Part shown: positions 27,801 through 39,548 of the stretch, piece after piece | How positions within the stretch are numbered: the stretch's first letter is position 1 | How the letters are laid out: every line of letters starts with the position of its first letter | Assembly (NCBI RefSeq): GCF_000143415.4 | Contig: NW_003314262.1 | Coordinates: 293,673 to 357,672 of the forward strand | Reading direction: 5' to 3' | Source of the DNA: Selaginella moellendorffii | Lineage: Eukaryota > Plantae > Lycopodiophyta | Length of the DNA stretch: 64,000 bases | Notes under the pieces: generated by a model | The model's input: only the letters and a program-made list of their open reading frames with translations | Database searches by the model: none | Told to the model about the DNA's origin: nothing | Translations under genes and position numbers: made by a program

Positions 27801-30600
27801 TGTGAAGATGCGGACATTCGTCGGTATCTTCTTCTTAGCCATTATCCCATGGATCTCCCGCATCTCCTTGCCTTTCAACCGAGCCTTCACCTTGTTCAAG
27901 GCCTTCCAGAACTTGTGATAGGATTTGGAGTCGTAGATCATATAGTGGACTGAAGATTCCACCTCCGCAAGTCCCACCATTAAGTCAATGATGGAGCTGA
28001 CTTCTTCTGCATGAATGATCTCCTCGTTTGTGAAGTCCATCACACAAAAGATGTTCTTGACCTGCTCATCTCCGCGGGAAACGATGCTCCTCCACCTTTG
28101 ATCCTCATCCGAATTCACGTATACCCGGTAAGGTTCTCGATAGGCCTCTGCTGCGGGGTCGAGCTGTTTCTGAAGCCGGCGGTCGACATCCCTCTTAATG
28201 AAATTTGGATACTGATCCAACTTCTCAGCTTTACTTTTCGTGGCATCCCGCAGCAGATCGATGAACTTGGGGGCCCCCTTCACGTACTCGTCGATGTCTT
28301 CATTTGACAACTCCAGCGCTTCCATCATCTCTTGCGTGGTGTCGATACTCACCCTCTCCACGGCCACTTGCTTGAAGATCCAATCCTTCAATAGCGCACG
28401 AGCTCTCAGAGTCGTGCACAAGTCCTCGTATGTCACAATATGGCCGGGAGTCATTTTGGTCTTGTTGAAGACTACCTCACCACGTAGAAGAGCATTAGCC
28501 ACTGTCAGAAGGTCGTCGTCGTCGTCTAGAGACCGTGAGAAACACAAGGTGTTGAGCTTCAAATCATTGGGCTTCCGGCCGTCCTCCACACCCATTGAGT
28601 TTAGCAACTCCCCGTCATGGTACCTCCTCAGCACATCTACCCATTTGTCAAAAACAACTTTTGTCGCGAGTAGAATGTTATGGATGCTGAGTGTGTCATT
28701 GACCCCCAGTGTTTTCGAGAGAAGACTGGAGAATTCCTGCAATGGAAATGGCGTGAGGCCACATGCTATGCCACATGCAACGAGGCTTACCTGCCAGGCG
28801 CTAGTTGCTAGTGCACGTCCTTGTCCTGGTTTTTGTGGCTTCTTCAGTTGAACCCAGAGCTTCCGTGTTCGTGCCAATGTCTCGTGCAGACCCGATTTGT
28901 AGCACGTTTCTTGCTTGACATTCTGCGCGTGGGAGATGTATATGATAGATCGGAGGGGCGAGTTGCCTTTTATCAGGCAGACAACTCTTGTCTTGAAGAC
29001 TTTCTTCACCTCCTCACCCACCATAATATCCACAACTATCTCTTGCATCGCCAAGCTAGAATGCTGCCCGGAGACGGCATAGAACTGGATGTTCTGATCA
29101 TCCAACACCTTCCTATTGATCAAGTCTGGAAACCTCGTCTCGCCCTTCATTGTTCGGTAGTAGGGGATCACATCTGTGATGTCGGGTGTTACTGGACTTG
29201 CCAGCATCTTCTGCTTCAGTTTCTCCACCCGCTCATCAGATACTAGCCTATGGTTGTATTTGCTTTGGATGTAGATACGGCTCACGTCGATTGTATATAC
29301 TTTGTTGGAATAGTAACAAGTACTATTATCTGCGATGATTTTTGCTGCCTCTTCTTGCTCTTTCTGCTCTTTGCGGCTCTTCTTTTTGGTGGGTGTAGTG
29401 TTCAAACCCGAGGCAATGGCATCACCGAGTAGCTTCTTTTTTGGAGCAGGAGAGTTGGACGTCAGCTTGAGCTTGACCACCCTTTTCTGCTTTGGGGTAG
29501 TTTCCAGATCGACCCCCTTCCCCTTCGCTTCGCGAACTGGAGGCACTCTAAACGGCTCAATGTTGGAATATAGTTTTTGAACATCGCTGTAGGTGAGGTC
29601 CATGGATTCCATGTGATCTTCATAGACCCGCAGCGTCTTTGAAATTGTGGGCCTCCTGGACAACCTCTCCCTAGCTCCCTCTAGGAATTCCTCATAGCCG
29701 CTGCCCCCCTCCGGGAAGCTGCTAGGATGTTTAAGGTGGATCTTGAAGGTGGACGCTGTCTCTACCACAAGTGCTAGTCCATATTCTTGCATGGAACTGC
29801 ATGGAGTGTCTGTCACTTGGATGAGGATCCCCATGCATTCTTTTCTCCCACCATCTGTGTTGTACAGCCTCAGATCCTCGCCTTCCATCCCGAAAGTCCA
29901 ACTGGTGAGCTCCTCCCCCTTCTCTGCATCCACATTGACAGTGGCTGGAAGAAGAATGCAATTCCTCGCCTGTTCAGAAATGCACAACAATTAGAGCTGA
30001 CAGATGAAAAGCTAGCAGCTGGAAATAACGTGAGGCCACACGCCATTCACCACTGCATCAGATGTCTTGAGGCTGCATCCTAAGATGGCGTGAGGCTACA
30101 CGCCATCTGTAACCGGACTGCACTCGAGAGCCCAATCAGTGCATGCCAATGTTGCTACTGAATGGCATGTGGCCTCATGCCATTTTCTACTTGGCCTAAA
30201 AGACTTACCATTTGAAGCCGAATGGAGGTGTGACAATCGAGGCCGGACTCGCTGGCGAATGTGCACTGTGTGTGCAGCGGATCTTAGCAGCAAGGCTACT
30301 CTGCCACTTACAGTTGGAGAGTGGCGCTGAAATCTCCCGGGACACCAAGTGGGCTGCGTGTGGGTGGCGGAGTGGGCGGCAGAGTTGGCGGCGAAGTTAC
30401 AAACTGGGTGTGTCTTGAAGTGGATGCCAATGCACACGAGCGCGATGCGAGTGCGAGTGTGATGCAAGCGCGAGTGGATGCCGATGCACACGAGAAACCT
30501 GTAGAGAAGGTAGATGAGCGCGAATGTGAGCGTGATCGCGAGTGGGAGCGAGTGTGCGAGTGCGAGTACGATGCAAAACCTAACCTCACACGCGCGAAAT
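24816..30600 (-). CDS. Large multi-exon cargo gene: ParB/Srx-like domain, degenerate beta-class MTase-like fold, acidic linker, FCP1/NIF-like HAD domain; probably partly pseudogenised
   Basis: 853-aa ORF 27429..29990 with NHRLVSDERVEKLK...FYAVSGQHSSLA and C-terminal VVEYNCGGLFFRAALLKG; short GT-AG introns link it to 26345..26935, 25457..26098 and 24816..25463 (CIVFDLNGVL, LGVWTS, IIDDSPIK). Start position uncertain. Confidence 0.6.
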
Positions 30601-31237
30601 GTCATGACGGTTGGTAATCCCGCAATGTCATCATTCCTTGGACTTGGGCGCCACCATTAATTTCTAGATCGCCGCGCGCATGCATGCACGTGAAATCCAA
30701 AAGAAATCCGCAACGTCATCATTCCTCGGACTGCATGCATGCGAAATTCAAAAGAAAGATCATGATTGGGATATCATTTAATACCCTCGCTATATTTATA
30801 CCATGCATGATTGGATATTCCAAAGCATCTTGTATTTCCAAAAATGCCAGATGTTCAGCTAAATAAAGAATGGTATACAATGTCCTTCTTGATGACCCTG
30901 CAAAGAAGCATCTCGATCGGACACCACATGAGACCACACAAGCCTTACAATGTTTCAGGGGCATTTGCCATAGATCCGACCGTTATTTTGCTCCAAGATT
31001 TTACAGTTTGGTGTGCATTGACCTTTCCATCGACACTGCAAAGGGACATCACAATCAGATGCGGGATCACAAGAAACCAACTTCACTAACTCTGGTTTCA
31101 CCAAGATCTACGTAAGGAGTTATGAAATGAAAGGACCCTCTCTATTGAAATGTGTTTATGGTCCTAGGGGCATTGTGACATATCAAAGGATTTTACATCA
31201 AGTTCCGTATTTGCATGTTTATCAAGCTACTGAATTG

Positions 31238-31264
31238 CTAAACCCTAAACCCTAAACCCTAAAC
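31238..31264 (+). promoter_or_regulatory. Interstitial plant telomere repeat / telobox (CCCTAAA)x~3.5
   Basis: CTAAACCCTAAACCCTAAACCCTAAAC between the divergent cargo gene and the transposase. Confidence 0.75.
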
Positions 31265-32556
31265 ATGTGGCAAATGCTGCGTGAAGAAAGATGCCCTTTC
31301 TGGGTAAATGCTGTAAGAGGCAGATGCCGAGCAGATGTATCTCAGGCTAGCGAAGGGGACAAATGAAAGCTAGCTATAAACATGACGGGATGCAAATAGA
31401 TTACTAGGCTGGTCCTGCGAAAATTAAAAACCATAATTGAAAACATTGAAAATGCAAAAAGAAAGGTTTATAATATTTTTGAATTTTAAGCAACCAAAGG
31501 AATGTAAGTAGGGCATGTGTTTGTAAGTTTAAAAATGCCTCAACCACTTAAATTCCCAAGTAAATAAAGCTGTTTCTATTTTTGGTACAGGTAAACTTTA
31601 TAGCGTGTGGGCTCATGCAATTTTGAACCAAAAAATGCACCAAAAAATGCTCGACTAGCATTATTCTTTGAATGGCGTGTGGCCTTATATTGCCATAAAT
31701 GGATGTACACACATAGCATAATTATTCCTTTACACGGCGAATAATCTTGGCGCGGATCGCTGACACGGCATGGCAAAGTTTGAATCACTGAATGGCACAG
31801 CTGGATCGAGGCAAGGACATGATGTGACAAAGTTCAACCTCCGACAGCAAAGTCTATAAGCTACTCAGTTTGAAATTTGTCAAAGGAATCATAAGATTTG
31901 GTTTGTCAGAGAATTTGATGTGACGTTCAAGCGTGTGTTATTTTTGAATTCTCGAACTCATTCCTAGGTCTATCATTTTTGTGCGCCGTGTTCTTGGTTC
32001 CGCTGAGCGCAGTGAGCGCTGCTTGTGTAAGTGGCGTTGTGAGCTGTGGTTTATGCGTTTACAAGCGGTTGCGGCATTGCGAGCGCCATTGCGAGCGGCA
32101 GTTTATGCGAGTGGCAGTTTGTGCGAGCGGCGCTATGAGCAATTGCGATGTTGCGAGCGGCGCTACGAGTAGTTGCGGTGTTGCGAGCGGCACTGTCTTT
32201 GGTGTGGCTACCGCTTCCTCTTGATATTCGGCACTTGTGCTTCCTGGTATGTTCACCATGGAATGGCTTAGGACCACATTTAGAAATGGCATGAGGCCAC
32301 ATGCCATCTTGGGCCCTTGCAATTTCATGGCTAGCGTATTGTCATGTATGTTTTTACTTGCCTGCAGTTGTGTGTATATCAAGATGGCATGAGGCCTCAT
32401 GCCAATTTTGTGAATGCGAAATTTCACGTGGGTGTCAATAGCATGTTTGAATAATGGCATGTGGCCTCATGCTATTGAGGTTGTTTGGTATGTTATGATT
32501 TAGGCCATTCTCCAATCATTTTTGTATGGTCTTAACTTCTTTTCTGCACTTTCAGA

Positions 32557-35500
32557 ATGGCCTTCAGGGTTGGGGAAAAGGTTTACATTTTGAATGGTGG
32601 GAAGAGAGTTGCAAAAGGGACCCTTGTGTCTATGGATCGGAACTTTGTTATACACTGTCAAAGGCTTGGGGAAGGCAATGCTACTGTATCAGTAGAGACT
32701 GTCTTCGATGGGAATGTGGTCGCTATTGAACGAGGAGAGATGGTTGTCGGGGTAAATGTTGTTGTTGCCTTGAAAAATCTTCAGAAGAAAGCAGATGTTG
32801 GGGACAGCGCAAGTGCGACGCATGTTCCCTCCGTGGATCTTAAGAACCGTGCTACATGGATTCAGGCAAAGGTGTTTCTAAACAACCCCGAGGGGGAGGT
32901 GGTAGCTGAGGGCTTAGCCACAGTTGTCGATCCAAGAGATGCGGTTGCTAATCAAGAATTGGGCTAGGATGATATTGGAGTTGCGATTTTAGAGGTTGTT
33001 GACACAGAAGAAAACAATCTGACTATTGGAAGCATTGTGCAGTGGAAATTGAGGCATTTAGTGTTTGAGAATATGAAGGATTCACAATCAAACACCACTA
33101 CAACTGATGACAGAACATCTCTTCATGGGAAAAGAAAGTACACCTTCCTAAAGCGCAGCCAAAGGGATCTGAGCAACGAACCGAAAAGGTAGAAAATGGC
33201 GATGGAGGTTCGAATGGTCTCGATAGTTGTTTGTTGCAAGAGGAGGTGCTGTCAACATGCTGATTGGGATGCTATTGAAGAGGAGAGAGCAAGATACAAG
33301 ACATTATCCTGGAAGGCAGCTCGCAATTTTGTGTATGAGGCATTACAGTCATCTGTTGATGCTTCAGAACATCAGGTGGGGGGCATGGTCTTCCAGAGGG
33401 GTTTGGTCTGCATAAAGGCATGGAGAATCATTTATGGAGTCCCTCAAACCACATTCTACAGAATCAAAACTGAGTTCGAGGAACAAAGGGTTCAACAGGC
33501 AGTCCATGGGAACGATGGTACGCACAAAACCAGGGGTCATGTTGTATATGGAGAGGCAATCTTCAAGAGGTTTGTCGAGACATGTAGCGAGCAGCAACCA
33601 CATAAAACCCGCCTTTTGGAAGATGGAACACGAGACACTCAACGAGTTCTCCCTTCTATGTATACCAAGGGGGCCATATTGGAAGATGTGAATTGGGAAC
33701 TCCAGAGTAATGGCTACAGGAAGCTGAGCCAATCTAGATTTAGTAGATTGTGGAGCAACAGGTTCAGGGATGTGAGTATAGGAAAGTACTCTAGCTTTTC
33801 AAAGTGTGACGAGTGCACTGCTATCAAAATGGCTTTGTCGAAGAATTCTTGCAGCGCTCAAGAGCGAGAGACGTTGGTTAGAAGGCGGCTCGACCACAAC
33901 ATCGAGAAGAGAAGCTGCAGGACTGCATATTATCATAACAGGATTCTCTCCATGAAGAGATCTGACTCTTACCTCTGCATCATCCACGACAAAATGGACC
34001 AGAAAAAAATGTGCTTACCTCGACTCAATCCTGCCCCTAAGGCAATCTCTTCATCCATGCAGCTGCCTGTGTCTCTGTTTGGCATAATCGCTCATGGGCA
34101 TGGTGCCCAGAACTATGGGAACTTCTTTGTACCTCTATGGGGTGGCGGGGGTGCAAACATGATGATTGCGTCCCTAGCAAAACACTTAAGGTCTCTGCAA
34201 AGTGCGCAGACTAAGCTGAATGGCCAACCCTTGCATAAGGCCCTTGTCGATCGAACCCCATACAGGGTTCAGCTGGAGGAGGAGCAAAGGCTTGCAGTAT
34301 CGCGTGGGGCCCCATGCCATCCCAGTGAATATGTTGGCCGTCAGATTGTAGGGTTATCACGTGAGGCCTCATGCCATTCTGACGAGGCTGGTCGCCCGGT
34401 GAATGCACAGCCTCATCCAAACGAAGCAGAATCTCAAGGAAGTTCTTGCGGCCGATGTGGCCTTCCACCCCATCTTCTGCTCCAAACAGACAATGCTGGC
34501 AGTGAGAACAAAAACATGTACGTCTTCGCGTACTTGGCGATGCTTGTTGCCAAAGGCATATTTGAAATGGTTACACTTGGCTTTCTCATGGTTGGGCACA
34601 CTCATGAAGACGTCGATGCCATGTTCAGTCACCTGGCAGAGTCCCTCCGGCGATCCAATGTCCTCACCCTCCCACAACTCTACGATGAATTCCAAAATTG
34701 CATCAAAGGCACTATTGAAGCTGCACTTGTGACAGAGGTTCCAGACTTTAAGGGGTTTGTAAGAGGCTACATCAGGGACGGATCCGAAACGCTAATTGGC
34801 CACTCCAAGCCTCTTCAGTTTCATTTCAGCATGCGTGACGGTGCTCCAGTGATGAGGTACAAGATGAAAGAATGGGACATAGTGTGGCTGCTAGTGGACG
34901 GCATTGAACTCTTCAGAAGAGATCCCATAACTGGGGAACCTATGATTCCTCAGGGTTCCCCACGGCCGATGCACCTGGATGGACTCAAAGACCAGGAAAG
35001 TATAGTGGCCGGGATTAGACAACATATTACCTTCTAGAAGAGGGGGTTGGTGTTTGGTGGAGAATCCTATTTTAAGAGGTGCAAGCCTTTGCTCGAATAC
35101 TGGGAGAAGATTATATCTGCTATCCAAAATGGGCCGGTTGTATATGAAGAATTGGAAGAGTCCTTTTGGCTAGAACCCAGAGCACCAGATAGTAGCGGAA
35201 CAATGTCCTCTAGAAATGCAGTGACAGATAATGATGTTGAGGATCACTATTGTGGGCCGAGGAACAAGAAGCCGGATTCAACATTCAATCCAGTACAGGT
35301 CTGCAAAGGAATGGTCGTGCTTGTCAGACCCAGTAATAAAAAACAAATGATATGGGTGGGGCGCTGCATCACTGATGCAGAGGAGGACGTGGAAACTAAC
35401 TCCTTCAATGTAACTGTGGAGTGGTTCAAGCCAAGTTCCGAATATACGAAGGATTGCCTAGAAAAGAGATGGGTGCTGAATCCAAGGGATCCCAGCATGA

Positions 35501-35625
35501 GCATATCGGTGGATAATGTTGTGCATAGTTGGATGCGGAAGCAGAGTGCCACCATCACCTTGCAAGACCATGCAAGAGATGCAGCAAGAGCATTCATAAC
35601 CCGGGTTCAAGGTGAGATTCATTAA
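32557..35625 (+). pseudogene. Sola-like transposase, ~1020 aa, in a single frame with 3 TAG stops
   Basis: ORFs 32557, 33196 and 35047 share a frame. FSKCDEC, IIHDKMDQ, LQTDNAGSENKN, FLMVGHTHEDVDAMFS are catalytic-type motifs; two N-terminal TNP1-like repeats (VAKGTL / VAEGLA); C-terminal Tudor/BAH-like segment (VLVRP...IWVGR...VEWF). Confidence 0.85.
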
Positions 35626-36338
35626 TATTCCTTTACTAAGTTTCTAATGTATTTTATTTCAAGGTGAACAATCCGAATCTGAATCAGAGGAGGCGTGATG
35701 GCATGTGGCCTTACGCCATTCCTAGGTGAGATGATACAAATAACAAATATAAATTCTTAGTTGTTCTAGCAAATCTTACTTAAAGTTCAAGGTGAACAAG
35801 CCGAATGTGAATTCATCGGATTGTTATAACAAATTGCGAGGTGATAGCATGAGGCGATACGCCATTTGAGAGTGGTAGCCATTCCTATATGAGGTGAGTG
35901 AAATATTTATTAGAAATACCTCATTCAATTGTGCACTTCTAAGTCTTGGTCCACTCAGTACTGTTTGCATGTTTTTATTTTAATTTTTTCTCTAAAATGT
36001 TATTTAGCATGTGGCTTCATGCCATTGCTCTCCACAATCATGCATTGAATTTTTCTATCCTTGCATAATACTTCTCCATATATATAGCATGTGCGCACAT
36101 GTGATATGGTTCATTAGGCCTGATATAGTGTGTGAGGTAAAACAAAGATGATGTGACATATGCATTTACCAATCACACGTGCATAAATCTAATAATATGG
36201 CGTGTGGCCCATATTAATGGCACATAAACCCATATTGTGGGCTTACGTGCTTTATGTACCATCATTCCCTTGCAGCGTGTGTGTTGGTTTCCTTTTATAA
36301 CACAACAAACTCCATATTTTAGGGTGAAGAGCGTTCTC

Positions 36339-36596
36339 ATGGCAAGCACAAAATCTGTAAGTGAGGCAGAAAAGGAGACGGAGAAGGAGATAGGTGAAGA
36401 TGTAGAATATATAAGTCTTCCAAACTCCCCGTACTATACTCCAGGTGATCATTTTTCTGAACAAACGGCAACATTAACAACTATCGAGAACGCTTCAGTA
36501 ACGTCAGAGACAACAATCCAAAGCAAAACAACTGACCCAGAGAAGGATGATAGTACCGCTGAGAGTACCAAAAAGGAGGTGTCCACTAGCGCTTAG
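36339..36596 (+). CDS. Small Ser/Thr/Glu-rich cargo protein (SLPNSPYYTPG)
   Basis: ORF intact in both transposon copies; homologous ORF at 57214..57459. Confidence 0.55.
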   Translation: MASTKSVSEAEKETEKEIGEDVEYISLPNSPYYTPGDHFSEQTATLTTIENASVTSETTIQSKTTDPEKDDSTAESTKKEVSTSA

Positions 36597-37819
36597 GCTT
36601 ATAATGGCGTGTGCCCTCATGCCATTCACTTGATCACCAAATACCTTTTTCCCTTTGCACTAGTATATCTTAATACCGGTTTGAGAAATAGAATGGCATG
36701 TGCTCTCAGGCCTTTTACTAAATCACCTTTGAAAGAAATGCAAGCCTCTATGTCGTTAAAAAAAGGTACTAGAGAAATTCCTTAATAATATGAATGTTAT
36801 TTAGTTTCATGAAAATACACTAAGGGTCAAATGAGTTAAATGACTTCTCCAGACTAGCAATGCCTCTTGCTACACCTTCACAATTAGATTCGTTAGAAAA
36901 AGATAACATTGAATAATATCTAAATGTTCTCACCATTAAATTATATGTCTGGCTAATAGGAATGACGTTCATCTTGGAAAGCTCACCACACGCTCAATGA
37001 ACAAACAAATAGTGTGTGCGCGCATGCCATCGCTCTTCTTTAGCTTCAGATTCGGCTTGTTCACCTTGACAATGAGATTTATTATACAACCAGATGGACT
37101 CAGTCTGGACACAAAGTCACCGCGCTAGTCACCATGCCCTAGATATGTCTAGCCCCTGGACAAAAAATATATAATTTCACGTCATTTTCAAATACTTGAA
37201 AATTTGCACCTAGTCCCATTTTACTGAATAAATCCCATTTTAACGAAATAGAGCTTCAATCCCCCTCCTCGGGTTAAACTAAACTTAAAGTTCAGCTACA
37301 CTCCCCACAAGCACAAGTAGCCAAGCACACCAAGCCTCCAAATTCTTAACATCCCTTGGTACAACAAGACTTGTTCATGGGACCCTCTAAATCCCAAGCC
37401 TTGGGTGCATCACTAGCTTCGGGACACCAGGGGGAAACACTGTGGCCTAATGGCTCGGTGTGGGTACTCCTACTCCCCCTCTTCCATCCCAAAGGAAAGG
37501 CTTAAGCCCTTAAAAAGGGTGAGGACCAATGAGCCACAAGGTACTCAAGTGGGGCACAACTCCACAAGAGCCGGGAGCACCGCAGTCGGTTTCCCTTTAG
37601 GGAGCGAGAGCTGCTCTTGAGCACTTCCTAGGGTGGCCCCTCCGGCACCACCCAAGTCCATGCTCACTCCCACCCAAGGCCCCTCAGCCCCAGTCTCAAC
37701 TTAAGTCAGTCTGGAAGCACCACTAGAGAGTTCCTTCAAGACTGATTCCTGGACCTCACTATCCCACTATACTTTTGGAACCCCCCACAGCCCCCCCCCT
37801 GGGAGACACACGCTTTGGG

Positions 37820-38097
37820 CTTGGTCTCGGACTTGATCTCAGACTCGATCTCGGACCCGACCTCGGACTCGGTCTCAGACTCAATCTTGGACTTGACCTC
37901 GGACCCAATCTCGGACTCGACCTCGGACTCAACTTTGGACTTGGTCTTAGACCCGATCTCAGATCTCAGACTCTGTCTCGAACTCAATCTCGAACTCGGC
38001 CTCGAACTTGGCCTCGGAGTCGACCTTGGACTCGATCCCGGACTCTGTGTTGAACTCGGTCTTAGAGTCGGTCTCAGACTCGATCTCAGACTCGGTT
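37820..38097. repeat. Hexamer-based tandem array (CTCGGA/CTCGAT/CTCGGT) inside family A LTRs; also ~40545-40820 and ~46930-47190
   Basis: Seen directly; produces spurious RVRD/SDSI ORFs. Confidence 0.9.
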
Positions 38098-38309
38098 CCA
38101 TCTGATGAACTTTTTATCATTTTGGTTGTGCTTTCGGGGATCCTTTAGCCTATGACAACTCGGGGAGTTAGTTCCTTACAACTCCACCACCCATAGAAGA
38201 AGTTCGATGGCCATGTCTCTCTTTAATCCTATGACTTGTTGACCATGTCTCCGGAGGCATCCCCCCACTTAGCGGTGTGCCTAAGTTAGCCTCTCCAACC
38301 AAGAGCCCA

Positions 38310-39548
38310 TTTTGATCCCTATTTATGGAAAGTGTCTAGATTTGCTTATTTGGCATATCTACGGAATGTAAAGATTGTTTTGAACACAATGGTGTTTATC
38401 TTATGTCTAAATTCGCAATCTAAGAACGTTCCATATTTAGTAAATTTCGAGCTTGTTCTAGAGATTAACTTTTGGCACTAAAGGAGGCTTGGGATGAAAG
38501 CCCAAAGCGTGTGGGAAGGGGGGAGGGGGGCTATACGGGGTTCCAAATGTATAGTAAGGATAGTGGATAGGTCAAACATGGCCAACCAACCTGAGGCATA
38601 ATTTAGCTCTCACTTATGTGCTTGTCCTTGTTTTACGTCTGGATTGGGTCTAAGCCCAAGTTCCATACCATGCTAGTTGGTGGAGTACCCATATCCTCAC
38701 ATTAGGCCACCGGTATGCTAAAATAGTGCCAAACTTGGCTCCGTTTTGCATGCTGGTCCTAGCATTGGAATGCTAGATGCTCTAGGACTATTCGAAGTCG
38801 CTCTGTGCTCCCAATCTTTCGCTCCTTAGGCTTTATGCTTGGGAGTTGCTCTGTGCTCTGGTTCCATCACTCCTTAGCTTCGTGCTTAGAAGTTTGGCTT
38901 TGTTCTTTTGTTTAGTGGCCCAAGGCCCTGAAACTCGGGTTCCACACCACTGTTCTTTGGACACATGGCATGTGGCACATGGTATGTGTCATGTGGCATA
39001 TGAGGGGTTCTAAATATATAGTAGGGATAATGGGTAGGTCAAGCATGGCTGACCAACCTGAGGCATAATCTAGCTCCCGCTTGCGTGCCTGTCCTTGTTT
39101 TATGTCTGGGTCTAAGCCCAAGTTCCATACCATACTAGTTGGTGGAGTACCTATATCCTCACATTAGGCCACTGGTATGCTAAAATAGTGCCAGACTCTG
39201 TTTGGCTCTATTTTGCGTGCTGGTCTTAGCATTGGAATGCTAGATGCTCTAGGACTGTTCAAAGTCACTTCGTATTTCTGTCCTATCGCTCCTTGGGCTT
39301 TATGCTCGAGAGTTGCTCTGTGCTCCAGTTCCATTACTCCTTGGCTTCGTGCTTAGAAGTTTGGCTTTGTTCTTTCGTTTTATGGCCCAAGGCCCTGAAA
39401 CTTGGGTTCTGCACCATTGTCCTTTGGACACATGGCATGTGGCATGTGGTATGTGTCACGTGGCATATGAAGGGTTTAGGTTCCACTTCATGGTGTTATC
39501 CTATAATAAATCACCATAGGATAAAGGGTAAAAACCACATACGCTACA
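38310..39548 (+). mobile_element. Family C 3' internal region, PPT and 3' LTR with an internal ~460-bp tandem duplication
   Basis: G-rich PPT at ~38515-38530; units ~38540-39003 and ~39004-39470; ends CATACGCTACA at 39548. Confidence 0.75.

Larger units (their letters stand above)
24523..37030. repeat. Dispersed 22-bp palindrome ATGGCRTGWGGCCWCAYGCCAT, about 23 copies
   Basis: Copies start near 24523, 25600, 25675, 26914, 27105, 27246, 28748, 30025, 30085, 30162, 31672, 32286, 32384, 32454, 34299, 34356, 35698, 35844, 36004, 36197, 36604, 36693 and 37009. Confidence 0.9.
24137..37256 (+). mobile_element. 13,120-bp TIR DNA transposon (Sola-like) with multi-gene cargo
   Basis: TIRs AAGCTCTATTTCGTTAAAGTGGGA / TCCCATTTTAACGAAATAGAGCTT (24 bp, 1 mismatch); 4-bp TSD CAAT at 24133-24136 and 37257-37260; internal transposase. 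Confidence 0.92.
23935..38310 (-). mobile_element. Chromovirus-family (family A) 3' LTR, split by the 13-kb DNA transposon (LTR parts 23935-24136 and 37257-38180), followed by PPT and a short 3' UTR
   Basis: Homologous to 46128-47278; the empty-site sequence CTCTCCCAATCCCCC is seen in the intact LTR. Confidence 0.9.

Noticed and set aside
31238-31264. True telomere
   Set aside because: Only about 3.5 units and interstitial.
30096-32460. Low-complexity ORFs (SHSRSR, VASGA repeats)
   Set aside because: They arise from GCGAGT/GCGAGCGG simple repeats in probable 5' UTR or promoter regions; no domain signal.
24523-37030. CRISPR array or MITE family for the palindromes
   Set aside because: Irregular spacing from ~60 bp to over 1 kb, degenerate copies, no cas genes and no individual TSDs.
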